Origin: Candidatus Saccharimonadota bacterium
GTDB lineage: Bacteria; Patescibacteriota; Saccharimonadia; UBA4664
NCBI GenBank assembly: GCA_019352195.1
Contig: JACAFG010000002.1
Coordinates: forward strand, 103,820-167,819
Length of the DNA stretch: 64,000 nt
Reading direction: 5' to 3'
Shown: piece after piece, positions 9,119-19,021 of the stretch
Layout of the letters: the number at the start of each line of letters is the position of its first letter
How positions within the stretch are numbered: the first letter of the stretch is position 1
Notes under the pieces: model-generated
Databases searched by the model: none
Told to the model about the DNA's origin: nothing
The model's input: only the letters and a program-made list of their open reading frames with translations
Position numbers and translations under genes: made by a program

Positions 9119-11014
9119 ATGGAAGAAGTTGTTACCCGTGAGCCGTTACGGCCGATTATTGCCTGGTCGGTAGCTATTTGTTTGGGAGCGGCCATGGCGC
9201 CGTGGCTGAGCGGCGGTCAAGAACCACTCGCTGCGCTCATTAGTGGGTTTGCGCTGCTCATGGGCTCGGTTTTACTTTGGCAACAGCCGTCGGTGCGCCG
9301 ATTAAAGGTGGGACCGATGATGTACGGCTATCTGGCATTTGTAGCTTGGGGAAGTCTGAGTCTTATTTGGACGGCTAATCGTTACTCAACGCTTATGTGG
9401 GTAATTGGCTTGCTGCTGGCAGGTCTCGCATTTCGCCTCGCTTACGCTCTCAGCGGTGAAGAAGACAGTTTGTGGCGAATCGAGTGGGTATATTTAGCGA
9501 CTGCTTTAGGGTTTGTTGCCTACGGAGGGTATTTGTACCTGAGCGGGGGCTACGACCGGTTAACGGGGTCGTTTTACTGGCCTAACCCAGCCGCAGCCTA
9601 TCTAATACCGGGAATATTAATCGCCTTTGATCGTTGGCGCCGTGGTGGGCGGTGGTGGAACGGTGCCATGACGGCAGTGTTTGGTGCCGCTTTTTTGCTC
9701 ACTGATTCGCGGGCAGCCTTGGCAACATTGGCCGTCGCTGCGGTAATTTATGTGATCGTTATCAGATTAACGAAGCGCTTTTGGATAATTTTTGTGTTCA
9801 GTGTGGCGGCGTCCTTGGGGGTGGCTTACGGTATGGTGGCTTTACGTCATGCCCTCCAGCCCAAAGCGGTAATCTCGGTACCCGGATCACGCTTAAGCCC
9901 GGCTTCGGCCGTTAATTCGCAGAGCGGTGCTGATCGCGTTACTTATTTGCACAGTGCCGTGCTTATTTGGGCTGATCATCCTATTTTGGGTGCCGGTGCC
10001 GGGGCATATCCCGACGTGCACCCGCACTACCAAATTCGGGTGATAAGTGCCAGCGCCAGCGCTCACAACATTTATGTTCAAACTTTGGCTGAGCTGGGAC
10101 TTGTCGGCATACTACTTATGATCTGGCTTATGGTTTGTTTGGTGTTTGGTACGGTGCGAGGTCTCGTGGCTCGTCCATTGGGAATGGCGGCTACGTTGGG
10201 CGTCGGCGCCATTTGGCTGCACTTTGGGCTCGATATTGATGCACAGTATCCGGCCCTGGTTCTTCTCATAGCAGTGTTTGGAGGCAGTTTATATCATCAG
10301 CGTCTTAGCTTTAAGCCGCTGGGATGGTGGTTGCCACTGGGTTCAGTGGTAGTTCTAATACCCATTGTGGCTTTGTACTACAGTGACACTTGGAACAATC
10401 GTGGAGTCGCGGCGCAAGCGAACGGTGATTACGCAATAGCTACCAATGATTTTTTGCACGCGCACGGTTACATTTTTTATAATCCAGATGTATTAACGGC
10501 GCAGGGCATCAACGAGTACACGCTGGCACAGCTGGGTAATAAGGCGGCCGGAAACACAGCGCTGCTGCTCGCGCGCTCGGCTGAAAAACAAGACCCTAAT
10601 GATGGCCAACATTATCAGCTGGAAGGCCGCACTTTGGCGCTCATGGGTGACCGAGCTGGGGCAATCAAAGCGTATGAGGCGGCGCTTCAGGCTGATCCAT
10701 ACAACCATCCGGAGTACGCTTACGATTTGGCGTTGGTTCAGTCCCAAATCGGTCAGTCGGCGGCTGGTTTGGTGGCAGCTGACACTATGCTAGCGCAGTA
10801 TCCAACGGCGGTAGTAGTTAACCGATCGGCCGATCCATCATTGCGCGCAAATCTGGCGCAGCTAGCAGCGTTGGCAGGCTCGATTCGGCTGCAAAACGGT
10901 GACCTTGCGGGCGCCCGCAAGGCTAGTGCGGCAGCGCTCGCGTTTGATCCGACGAGCCTGCGGGCTCAGGCTTTGGCAGCGGTACTGGCACGCGTGCCAG
11001 TGGGAGCCCAGTAA
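9119..11014 (+). CDS. O-antigen ligase / Wzy_C-domain membrane protein with C-terminal TPR repeats (candidate PglL/TfpO-like O-oligosaccharyltransferase)
   Basis: About 10 TM helices. The Wzy_C signature region (DSRAALATLAV ... ADHPILGAGAGAY ... SAHNIYVQTLAELGLVGILLMIW) is present. The soluble C-terminal 200 aa contains TPR-like repeats. An alternative start is the ATG at 9194 with a GGGAG SD. Confidence 0.7.
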   Translation: MEEVVTREPLRPIIAWSVAICLGAAMAPWLSGGQEPLAALISGFALLMGSVLLWQQPSVRRLKVGPMMYGYLAFVAWGSLSLIWTANRYSTLMWVIGLLLAGLAFRLAYALSGEEDSLWRIEWVYLATALGFVAYGGYLYLSGGYDRLTGSFYWPNPAAAYLIPGILIAFDRWRRGGRWWNGAMTAVFGAAFLLTDSRAALATLAVAAVIYVIVIRLTKRFWIIFVFSVAASLGVAYGMVALRHALQPKAVISVPGSRLSPASAVNSQSGADRVTYLHSAVLIWADHPILGAGAGAYPDVHPHYQIRVISASASAHNIYVQTLAELGLVGILLMIWLMVCLVFGTVRGLVARPLGMAATLGVGAIWLHFGLDIDAQYPALVLLIAVFGGSLYHQRLSFKPLGWWLPLGSVVVLIPIVALYYSDTWNNRGVAAQANGDYAIATNDFLHAHGYIFYNPDVLTAQGINEYTLAQLGNKAAGNTALLLARSAEKQDPNDGQHYQLEGRTLALMGDRAGAIKAYEAALQADPYNHPEYAYDLALVQSQIGQSAAGLVAADTMLAQYPTAVVVNRSADPSLRANLAQLAALAGSIRLQNGDLAGARKASAAALAFDPTSLRAQALAAVLARVPVGAQ

Positions 11015-11063
11015 GCGTAAGAAGAATATGATAGAGTGAACCTAGGATAAGGGATGTGTCGAC

Positions 11064-11897
11064 ATGAAGATTATTGAAAGTAGCCCTGACCGGTTGGTGG
11101 CCCGTAATCGTGGGATTGGTGGTTACTCTGGCGGAGGTATTGGCGTGCTCGTGGGTATTGGCACGGTAATTTTTGGCCTCGCTCATAAAGCGCCGGGAGT
11201 CTGGGCTGTTGGTCTGGGGGTGTTGGCAGTTGGCGTGTTGATACTCCTAACCAACAAAAGCGAGCTCCTCACGGCAGATCGGGCTTCTGCGACCGTATCT
11301 ATCGAATTAAAAGGCCTAACCGGTGGCAAAAACCAGCAATATACCTTTGACCAAATTTCAAGCGTCACGTCGTTGCAGCAGTATCAGCAGGTGAATACTG
11401 GTAACAACTCTAACAATACGGGTGTGGGCTTTGGCGTTGGTAGTACGGGCGGCTCGCAGCTACAGCTTCAGACGACCACACAGCTGGTATTGGCCGACGG
11501 TACCAGCGTTGTGATAGAAAAAATCACCTCAAATGCCAATGGCGGCATGCTCCTGAGCACTCAGTCCAGTCATGGCATTGGCGAACCACTAGCAACGTTT
11601 TTAGGTAAGCCGTACCAGCTGGTGGCGCCCAACTTGAATCCGCTTGAGATGGTTCACGATGTGGTGGCAGCAATTCGAGGAGACGCGAGTCCGACTACTC
11701 CTAGCGTCGTACCGGGCGCTCCGGCAGTACCTTCTGCTCCAGTTGCTCCGGCGAGTACGCCCGAGCAACAGCCTACCGTACCCACGTTAAATGGTCCTGG
11801 TTTTGCTGCAGTTGAGTCGCCAAGCTCACCGGCCATTGAACCGCCGATCGTGCCAACCAATGAGCCGCCAGCACCACCAACGGCTCCGGCAGAGTAG
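11064..11897 (+). CDS. Hypothetical membrane protein with Pro/Ala-rich C-terminal tail
   Basis: 277 aa. It has an N-terminal Gly-rich TM hairpin and C-terminal PSVVPGAPAVPSAPVAPASTPEQQPTVP repeats. Confidence 0.45.
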   Translation: MKIIESSPDRLVARNRGIGGYSGGGIGVLVGIGTVIFGLAHKAPGVWAVGLGVLAVGVLILLTNKSELLTADRASATVSIELKGLTGGKNQQYTFDQISSVTSLQQYQQVNTGNNSNNTGVGFGVGSTGGSQLQLQTTTQLVLADGTSVVIEKITSNANGGMLLSTQSSHGIGEPLATFLGKPYQLVAPNLNPLEMVHDVVAAIRGDASPTTPSVVPGAPAVPSAPVAPASTPEQQPTVPTLNGPGFAAVESPSSPAIEPPIVPTNEPPAPPTAPAE

Positions 11898-12035
11898 GTG
11901 TATAGCCTGATTGCGGTGTGGCCGTTATAATGCGTAGAGCTTATGCAACTCCTCGGCGCTTTCATTGATGGCTTGGGTGTTTGCGCTCAACCGGTCGGCA
12001 ATGGAGTAAATATTTTGATGGTAGGAGCGCGTTAA

Positions 12036-12650
12036 ATGGCATCATTTTCGAGTGTCGCAATTAGTTTGATCGATCACTTGGGCTTGGCTGGCGTGGGGGT
12101 TGGGGTTATGCTCAACGGCCTTGGCGTCCCGGGTATTTCAGAAGTTATGCTGCCTTTGGCTGGCGTAGCCGTGCGCCAGGGACACTGGGCTTTGTGGGAA
12201 GTATTGGTTGTGGCGTTTGTAGCACAGCTTGTGGGCGTGAGTCTCGCCTATGCTATTGGCCGGTACGCTGGGGTCGCGGTTATTGAGCGGTACGGTAAGT
12301 ATGTGCTCATAACGCATGCAGATTTGGCGAGGTCGCAAAAGGCATTCGATCGTCACGGCGCACCACTGGTAATTGTGGGATCATTTATCCCTGGTATTCA
12401 GGGTTTCATCGGCTACGTAGCCGGCATTGCTGAGCTGAGCTATAGTCGTTTTCTGGTGTCGGTAGCTCTCGGTAAGCTGATATGGATTGGTGGTCTGGTT
12501 GGGCTCGGTTATGCAGTCGGCGGTGACGTGGCGTTTATTGATTCGCTGATGAGCCGAGTCGGAATTTTTGTAATCCTGGCTCTCATTGCCTTGGTGATCT
12601 GGTATATTAGGCGACAGCACCCGCGCGGTACCGACGTGGCTGAGAAATAG
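12036..12650 (+). CDS. DedA/SNARE-associated (VTT domain) membrane protein
   Basis: Conserved DedA core (GVPGISEVMLPLAGVAV ... GSFIPGIQGFIGYVAGIAELSYSRF). Confidence 0.7.
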   Translation: MASFSSVAISLIDHLGLAGVGVGVMLNGLGVPGISEVMLPLAGVAVRQGHWALWEVLVVAFVAQLVGVSLAYAIGRYAGVAVIERYGKYVLITHADLARSQKAFDRHGAPLVIVGSFIPGIQGFIGYVAGIAELSYSRFLVSVALGKLIWIGGLVGLGYAVGGDVAFIDSLMSRVGIFVILALIALVIWYIRRQHPRGTDVAEK

Positions 12651-12656
12651 GATTTT

Positions 12657-13943
12657 ATGACGACCAAACAAACGACACTACCAAATGGTCTACGGATTGT
12701 TACTACCGATTTGGCCGACGCGCTAAGCGTTACGGCTAATATTTTTGTTGGTACTGGTAGCCGCTACGAAAACTGGGACACCAATGGAGGCGTATCGCAC
12801 TTTTTGGAGCACTTATTGTTTAAGGGAAGCGCCAAGTATCCTACGGCGGAGGCTATCAATCTAGCGGTTGATGAGGTGGGCGGATTCAATAATGCATATA
12901 CCTCTGAAGATGTGACGACGTATTACATCAAAGTGCCCGCAGCTCATGGTGAACTGGCGTTAGATATTTTGGCAGACATGATAAAAGCGCCGGTGCTTGA
13001 TCCGGCTGAAATCGACCGTGAACGCGACGTCATTATTGAGGAGATGAACGTCTGGCGGGATGACCCAGCGCGTTTTGTCGCTACCCTTATGCCGGAACTA
13101 ATTTTCCCCGATAACCCGTTGGGGCGCGATATTATTGGTTCTGAGACAATTATTCGAAGTGTTACACCCAAAACTATTCGCGACTATTTGGTGACTCATT
13201 ATCGGCCAGGCAATTTAGTAGTAAGCGTAGCGGGTCGAGTTGATCACGACGCGGTAGTGAAGCAACTAACCGCAACGCTGGGTGAGCTGGAGGCGGGAGA
13301 AACTGAGCCACCACAGCGGGTTGCCAATGGACCTTCGGAAGTTTTGAGTTCGGCGCATGTCAAAGAAACTGCCCAAGCGCACTTTATTATCTCAAGTCGC
13401 GCCTATGCTTACGATGATAACCGCGACGCAGCAGCTAAAGTAATGGCGGCTATTTTAGGCCGCGGTATGAGCTCACGGCTGTTTAGTACCGTACGAGAGC
13501 GTTTGGGATTGGCGTACGGCATTTATGCCGACGTTTCAAACTACGTAGATACCGGTTTGTTTACGCTGTATGCCGGGGTTACCATCGAGAAGAGTGAGCA
13601 GGCGGTAACGGCGGTGCTAGCTGAGCTCGAAAAGATTCGGCTCGAACCCGTTAGCGAAGCCGAACTGGCTAAAGCGAAGCGACAGCTGCGTAGTGGGCTT
13701 GAAATGAGCCTGGAGAGCAATGCTGCCATTGCTGATCGTTTGGGTGCCCAGCTAATATTGCTGGGTCGAACCAAATCGCTGGAAGATACGCTGGCCGAGC
13801 TGGAAGCAGTGACGGTCGCGCAGGTTCAGGCAGCGGCGGCCGAGATTTTGGCACCCGCGGCGCTCAGAATGGCAATTATTGCACCGGAACCAGAGGCGGC
13901 CGTTCGGACATTTGAAACTTTAGTTACTAAGGAGACTGTTTAA
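12657..13943 (+). CDS. M16 family zinc peptidase (insulinase-like)
   Basis: HxxEH inverzincin motif (HFLEHLLFKGS). The 428 aa, two-domain architecture fits the family. Confidence 0.8.
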   Translation: MTTKQTTLPNGLRIVTTDLADALSVTANIFVGTGSRYENWDTNGGVSHFLEHLLFKGSAKYPTAEAINLAVDEVGGFNNAYTSEDVTTYYIKVPAAHGELALDILADMIKAPVLDPAEIDRERDVIIEEMNVWRDDPARFVATLMPELIFPDNPLGRDIIGSETIIRSVTPKTIRDYLVTHYRPGNLVVSVAGRVDHDAVVKQLTATLGELEAGETEPPQRVANGPSEVLSSAHVKETAQAHFIISSRAYAYDDNRDAAAKVMAAILGRGMSSRLFSTVRERLGLAYGIYADVSNYVDTGLFTLYAGVTIEKSEQAVTAVLAELEKIRLEPVSEAELAKAKRQLRSGLEMSLESNAAIADRLGAQLILLGRTKSLEDTLAELEAVTVAQVQAAAAEILAPAALRMAIIAPEPEAAVRTFETLVTKETV

Positions 13944-14443
13944 TGGAACAAACGTTAATTATATTTAAGCCAGATGCCGTTCAACGTGGGGTAGTGGGTG
14001 AAATTTTGAGTAGGTTTGAGCGATCAGGACTGAAGATTGTGGGTATGAAAATGGTTAGCCCGGATGCGGATCATTACTATCATCACTACGAAACAATCGG
14101 CAAAGTGGTGAGCCGCCGCGGTCAGGAAGTGTTTGACAACGCCGTCAGTTATGTCATGGGCGGTCCGGTAATTGCCGCTGTCCTCCAAGGGGTTGAGGCT
14201 GTCGATTTGGTTCGTAAAATGGTGGGTCCAACCGAACCAAAGAGTGCTGCTCCAGGTACGATTCGTGGTGATTACGCGCATATTAACTATGCACAAGCTG
14301 ATAAACTGAGCATAGCGATCGCGAATCTGCTCCACGCGTCTGGCGATAGTGACGAGGCCAAGCTGGAGGTGGCGCATTGGTTTAGCGAAGCGGAACTATT
14401 TAGCTACAAGACTTCTCATGAGCACTTTACCCAGCCCGAATAG
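13943..14443 (+). CDS. ndk: Nucleoside diphosphate kinase
   Basis: MEQTLIIFKPDAVQRGVVGEILSRFE ... GTIRGDY ... LHASGDSDEA. There is a short insertion before the catalytic His region. Confidence 0.8.
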   Translation: MEQTLIIFKPDAVQRGVVGEILSRFERSGLKIVGMKMVSPDADHYYHHYETIGKVVSRRGQEVFDNAVSYVMGGPVIAAVLQGVEAVDLVRKMVGPTEPKSAAPGTIRGDYAHINYAQADKLSIAIANLLHASGDSDEAKLEVAHWFSEAELFSYKTSHEHFTQPE

Positions 14444-14549
14444 AGTCACGCCTCAGCGTAAATAGAAACTGCCCGACTATCTGGTCGGGCAGTTTCGTGA
14501 TTGAGGCCCGGTCAGGGTAGTCGATATTTAGAGGATCACGTTAGGTTTG

Positions 14550-15050
14550 TTAGCGGCGATAAAATAGCTGCTCAAGTCCGGTAAGTAGCAAGGTTGGTTC
14601 GGTGTCTGAGACGAGTGAGGTAACCTGAGTGTCAGACTGATCTTCAAATAGGAGCGTCCATTTGGGGGCGTGCTTGTTGTAAGCACAATTTGGAAACAGC
14701 ATGTGGTGGTGCCACGGGCGCTGCTGGTCGGTGAGAAGCCGGGCGTGGTTGTAGATAGGCTTTTCATCGGGCGCGAGTTCGGCGGCTTTAATATGCCCGG
14801 TGGGGTCAATCATGCCGCTGCCATGGAGCATTTTAGCTAGCTGATTACTAGCAGCAAATGGTTTGATGGCTTGGTAACTCACGTAATTTTTGCTCGTACC
14901 AATATCTTCGAGCACCAGCGCATACTGCGGCTTCGCATTAAGCGTACACATGGGAGTGAGCAGATGAAAATGCCAATCTGCCTGGCTATCGTTTAGCTGG
15001 GTAGCGGTAATAATAAGTTCGGAAAGAGGTAATTCAGTCATAAATTCCAT
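14550..15050 (-). CDS. Hypothetical protein with internal duplication (W-H-x-H ... P-x-C repeated motif)
   Basis: The two halves share DWHFHLLTPMC(T)LNAKPQYALVLED and PWHHHMLFPNCAYNKHAPKWTLLFED. Confidence 0.5.
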   Translation of the reverse strand: MEFMTELPLSELIITATQLNDSQADWHFHLLTPMCTLNAKPQYALVLEDIGTSKNYVSYQAIKPFAASNQLAKMLHGSGMIDPTGHIKAAELAPDEKPIYNHARLLTDQQRPWHHHMLFPNCAYNKHAPKWTLLFEDQSDTQVTSLVSDTEPTLLLTGLEQLFYRR

Positions 15051-15126
15051 TGGTGCCCCAGGAGGGATTCGAACCCCCGACGCTCTCCTTAGGACGGAGA
15101 CGCTCTATCCACTGAGCTACTGAGGC
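15051..15126 (-). tRNA. tRNA-Arg (anticodon CCT)
   Basis: The reverse complement folds as a cloverleaf: acceptor GCCTCAG/CTGGGGC, D-arm GCTCAGTGGATAGAGC, anticodon loop GTCCTAA, T-loop TTCGAAT, and an encoded CCA end. Confidence 0.85.
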
Positions 15127-15284
15127 GCACGGTTATTTGTACCCTAGGTTAGCTGGGCGAACTGGCTAAGCTGGACTGATTATAGGCGAGTTGGGCTGCT
15201 TGAGCCAGTTTTTAAGAGTTCGCCCTCATCGTAGCAGGCTAATTCTCAACGTTTTGCTGCCCACGGTGGTGGTACAATCGAACC

Positions 15285-15860
15285 ATGAGCGGTAAAGATA
15301 AAGTATCATCAGCGCCCGAACGCGTGCGTGAGTTTCCTGGTCAGCATACAGGCGAATCGGTCGATTTTGTATTTCGTCAGCATCCGTTGGTAATGCGCAA
15401 ACGCCTAATTTATGGCATGTTCGCCCTAGTGCTAGCAGCTTTGCCTTGGGATTTTCCGCAAATTTACGATTCGCCGGCAGTTACGCATTGGGTTGGGATT
15501 ACGTCGATGGTTATTATAGCCGCGGTGCTATTTGCGTGGTTTCAGAAATGGGTAGGGTGGTATTACAGCGTCTATATTGTGACGGATCGTCGCGTGATAG
15601 AAATTAAGCAGCGCGGATTTTTCCGTCGCAGTGTTAACGAGTGGCAGCTCAATAATATTTCTAATGTTAATTATGATATAGGCGGCTTTCAAGCGGTTAT
15701 TTTTGGCTTTGGTGACATAATTTGTAAAAGCTATTTGGGTGATTTTTCGATAAAAACGGTGCATCATCCAGCCGACATCCACCAGCAGTTACTCGATGCA
15801 GTGAGGCGCGGCGGCGGGGGAACCGGCGTACCGGCGCGCTCGACACCAGCCAGTAACTAA
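15285..15860 (+). CDS. Bacterial PH-domain (bPH_2/YdbT-like) membrane protein
   Basis: Two TM helices followed by YYSVYIVTDRRVIEIKQRGFFRRSVNEWQLNNISNVNYDIGGFQAVIFGFGDI, which is typical of PF03703. A TACAAT -10-like box lies just upstream. Confidence 0.55.
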   Translation: MSGKDKVSSAPERVREFPGQHTGESVDFVFRQHPLVMRKRLIYGMFALVLAALPWDFPQIYDSPAVTHWVGITSMVIIAAVLFAWFQKWVGWYYSVYIVTDRRVIEIKQRGFFRRSVNEWQLNNISNVNYDIGGFQAVIFGFGDIICKSYLGDFSIKTVHHPADIHQQLLDAVRRGGGGTGVPARSTPASN

Positions 15861-15917
15861 GGTAGCATAGCCAATAACAGGGCGCTCACCGGCGCTCTTT
15901 AATGGAGATTTTGTGGC

Positions 15918-17075
15918 GTGGCAGATAAGAACGAGCAACGCGAATCGTCTAAGAAACCAAAGTCTCAAACGAGCGCTCCCAAGCGTTCGTTAGATGTACG
16001 TCAAAAAAATGCTGCCAAGCCTAAGTCTGACGCTCAACCAGAAGCCGCCGAAGCCGCATTAGCGCCAAAAACTACTCCTAAGCCTAAGCCGGTGCTGCCG
16101 GAAGCACCGGCAGTTAAGGCAGCTGACTCAGCGCCGTTAGCCGCCGCCAAAACGGCACCTCACGCGTCGCGCAAGCCGCTGTTGATTAAGATCGGCGTGG
16201 CAATTGTGGCCGTGGTAGTCGTAATCATAGCCATTTTTGCCGTGCTTATTTATGCATTTGGCTCGACGAGCCCAGTGACGGCTGCCGTTGTGAGCGTAGT
16301 TCCTTATCCGGCCGAACGTGTCAACGGCCATTTTGTAAGTTACAACGACTATTTGTTTGAGGTAAACGCCAATGAAAAGGCTTACGTCTCTAATGCCAAA
16401 CTGAATAATCAGACAGTAGTGAGTTGGAGCTCAGCTGATGGCAAGAAACTGCTGAAGCAAATAAAACAGCACGCGCTTACCAAGCTTGAAACTGACGCTA
16501 TCACGGCGCAGCTGGCAACCAAGTATAAAGTAACGGTCACAAGCAAGGAGGTGGATGCGCTCATCAATACGCTCTACCAAAAATATGGTGGTAAAGACAC
16601 GTTACTCAAGACGCTCTCGCAAATTTACGGCTGGAATCTCGATGATCTGAAAAAAGTGATTTACAAGCAGCTGCTCGCTCAAAAAGTGCAGACTGCCGTG
16701 GGCGCAGATCCTGCTATTGACGCGCAAACAAAGGCTAAGGCCGAAGACGTCTTAACTAAGCTCAAAGCTGGCGCCGATTTTGCCGCTACGGCTAAGCAGT
16801 ACTCGCAGGCAACCGACGCATCCGCGGGTGGCGATCTGGGAACCGTGGCCAAAGGCCAGGTAGAAGATGCGGTTTATAATGCGGCGGTGGCATTGCCGGT
16901 GGGCGGCACGAGTGCAGTCATCAAAACGCAGTATGGGTACCAGATTCTGCGCGTTACCGACAAAAGTGATGCTGGCATCCATATGAGCCACATTCTCATT
17001 GAAAACGTTAGTTTCAGCGATTACTTTGCCGGTCAGCAAAACGATGCCAAAGTGAAAGTATTCATTAAGTCGTAA
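15918..17075 (+). CDS. Membrane-anchored PpiC-type peptidyl-prolyl isomerase (PrsA/SurA-like foldase)
   Basis: GTG start with GGAG upstream. It has a Lys/Ala/Pro-rich N-terminal tail, one TM helix, and a parvulin domain (AKQYSQATDASAGGDLGTVAKGQVEDAVYNAA ... YGYQILRV). Confidence 0.7.
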   Translation: MADKNEQRESSKKPKSQTSAPKRSLDVRQKNAAKPKSDAQPEAAEAALAPKTTPKPKPVLPEAPAVKAADSAPLAAAKTAPHASRKPLLIKIGVAIVAVVVVIIAIFAVLIYAFGSTSPVTAAVVSVVPYPAERVNGHFVSYNDYLFEVNANEKAYVSNAKLNNQTVVSWSSADGKKLLKQIKQHALTKLETDAITAQLATKYKVTVTSKEVDALINTLYQKYGGKDTLLKTLSQIYGWNLDDLKKVIYKQLLAQKVQTAVGADPAIDAQTKAKAEDVLTKLKAGADFAATAKQYSQATDASAGGDLGTVAKGQVEDAVYNAAVALPVGGTSAVIKTQYGYQILRVTDKSDAGIHMSHILIENVSFSDYFAGQQNDAKVKVFIKS

Positions 17076-17638
17076 TGGCAACACCTCTGCATATTGCAGT
17101 GTTGGCTGGTACTACTCGCCATGAGCGAAAATCCATTTACGCGGCGCGGCTGGTGGCCGAAATTGGCCAAAGTATCGAAGGTATTACGATTGAGTTTGTC
17201 GACCCAGCCGAGTTTAACTTCCCTGGGGACGGCAATGATCCGGAAGGCAAAGATGCTCGTTATACCGCAATCGTGGCTCGGGCTGACGCCTTTTTTATCG
17301 TGACGCCCGAATACAACCACAGTTTTCCGGGATCATTGAAGCGGATGCTCGATTCTGAGCTGGAATTATATGTACATAAGCCGGTAGCGCTGGCCGGTGC
17401 CTCGAGTGGTCGCTGGGGAGGCGTACGCGCTATTGAGGCGCTGGTTACGAGCGTGCGCGAAATGGGGCTCGTGGCTACATTTACGGACGTGCAGTTTCCC
17501 AATGTTCAGGATAAGTTTGATACCGAGGGTAAATTGCTTGATCCAATCTACGATAAATTGATTCGTGGAGCTTATGCCGAGCTCATTTGGATGGCTACCA
17601 TCCTGAAATGGGGCCGCGACAACCTGCCGCGAGCCTAA
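17075..17638 (+). CDS. NADPH-dependent FMN reductase family protein
   Basis: IAVLAGTTRHERKSIYAARL ... FFIVTPEYNHSFPGSLKRMLD is the flavodoxin-like NADPH_FMN_red signature. Confidence 0.7.
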   Translation: MATPLHIAVLAGTTRHERKSIYAARLVAEIGQSIEGITIEFVDPAEFNFPGDGNDPEGKDARYTAIVARADAFFIVTPEYNHSFPGSLKRMLDSELELYVHKPVALAGASSGRWGGVRAIEALVTSVREMGLVATFTDVQFPNVQDKFDTEGKLLDPIYDKLIRGAYAELIWMATILKWGRDNLPRA

Positions 17639-17839
17639 TCGCCGGCAATATACTTATTCCCCGGTAGCTTCATTGAGCGGCCGGGTTCCTTGATAGCTGG
17701 GGCACTAACCATGAGTGATAACAATTCTTCTAATAATTACTAAACCAACTTAGCTATATATCAGTATCGTTTCAGACGCTTTGCACGGTACGAACAGTTA
17801 AAGTGACGTTCAGAGCAGGAATTAAGGAAGGTACATGTC

Positions 17840-18586
17840 ATGGATAATATTAACGAGTCAATTCGTAACTTATTGGTTACTATTGCTAATTGGTTGCCGC
17901 GTTTGTTTGGGGCATTGTTGGTACTGCTTATTGGCTATTTGATTGCCAAAGCCATTGAGCGGCTCGTCAAATCGGCCCTTCGAGGTTTGAAATTCGACAA
18001 TTTGTTACACAGGGGCACAGCGGGCTCGTATATTGCCAAAGTTGTTGAAAGCCCGACGAACCTGGTGGGTTCGGTAGTTTTTTGGTTATTGTGGCTGGGA
18101 ACGCTTTCTATTGCGGTCACAGTCTTAGGCATCAGCGCGCTCAATAGTTTTGTGTACGCAATTTATGCCTACGTGCCAAACATTTTGGCCGCATTGCTAA
18201 TCTTCATTGTGGCTGGAGCCGTCGCTACCGGCGCTGCCGCTTTGGCGACGAGGCTAATGGGGGAGACGCCGACTGGCAAGTTGGTGGCTACGATTATCCC
18301 AGTGTTAACGATGCTCATCGCTACCTTTATGATTTTAAATGAGCTTGAAATTGCGCCGGCCATCGTTACCATCACGTACGCTGCGCTGATGGGTGCTGTC
18401 GCGCTTGGTATGGCACTTGCCTTTGGACTGGGCGGACAAGATGTCGCAGGACGTTTACTCGAGCAAGCCTATGATGCTGGACGGCGCAATGCTGGAGCCG
18501 TTAAGCATGATATGGAGGTAGGTAAACAACATGCGGTGGCGGAAGCGCATAAAAACATGCCGCCAAATCCCCTGAGTCGCTCGTAG
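17840..18586 (+). CDS. Membrane protein with repeated conserved TM-helix motifs (small-conductance mechanosensitive-channel-like N-terminal repeats)
   Basis: 248 aa with several TM helices and repeated VATIIPVLTMLIATFMILNELEIAP-type segments. Confidence 0.4.
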   Translation: MDNINESIRNLLVTIANWLPRLFGALLVLLIGYLIAKAIERLVKSALRGLKFDNLLHRGTAGSYIAKVVESPTNLVGSVVFWLLWLGTLSIAVTVLGISALNSFVYAIYAYVPNILAALLIFIVAGAVATGAAALATRLMGETPTGKLVATIIPVLTMLIATFMILNELEIAPAIVTITYAALMGAVALGMALAFGLGGQDVAGRLLEQAYDAGRRNAGAVKHDMEVGKQHAVAEAHKNMPPNPLSRS

Positions 18587-18941
18587 CCCATAGTAAGTTT
18601 GACGGCCTCTGGAGAGGTTGAGTGGCTCAAGATGCTTATGGCTGGGTGGAAATGCGTGAAAAATATGAAAACTAGGCGTATTGGCATGTCAAAACGGCAA
18701 GCGTATTCTCAGGTAGTTCAATGATTGTACTGATTTGCGGTACATGACAATGTTGGGAGTAATAATTGTGTACAAGATGTGTATAAAACCGCCAATTCAT
18801 ATCTGTTGAGGAGCATTTATACGCTCAGTTATACACAATCTTGAAGGTACAGTGCTTATGGTTCGCCCAAAATCAACCGTGATATGCCTTGTTCGCATGC
18901 CCTGAAACTGATACAGTAAGGCGGTTCTACATTCAAACTGT

Positions 18942-19017
18942 GGGCTCGTAGTGAAGTGGTTATCACGCCTCCCTGTCACGGAGGAGATCGCCGGTTCGAA
19001 ACCGGTCGAGCCCGCCA
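18942..19017 (+). tRNA. tRNA-Asp (anticodon GTC)
   Basis: Acceptor GGGCTCG/CGAGCCC, anticodon loop CTGTCAC, discriminator G and an encoded CCA. Confidence 0.85.
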
Positions 19018-19021
19018 GCAA

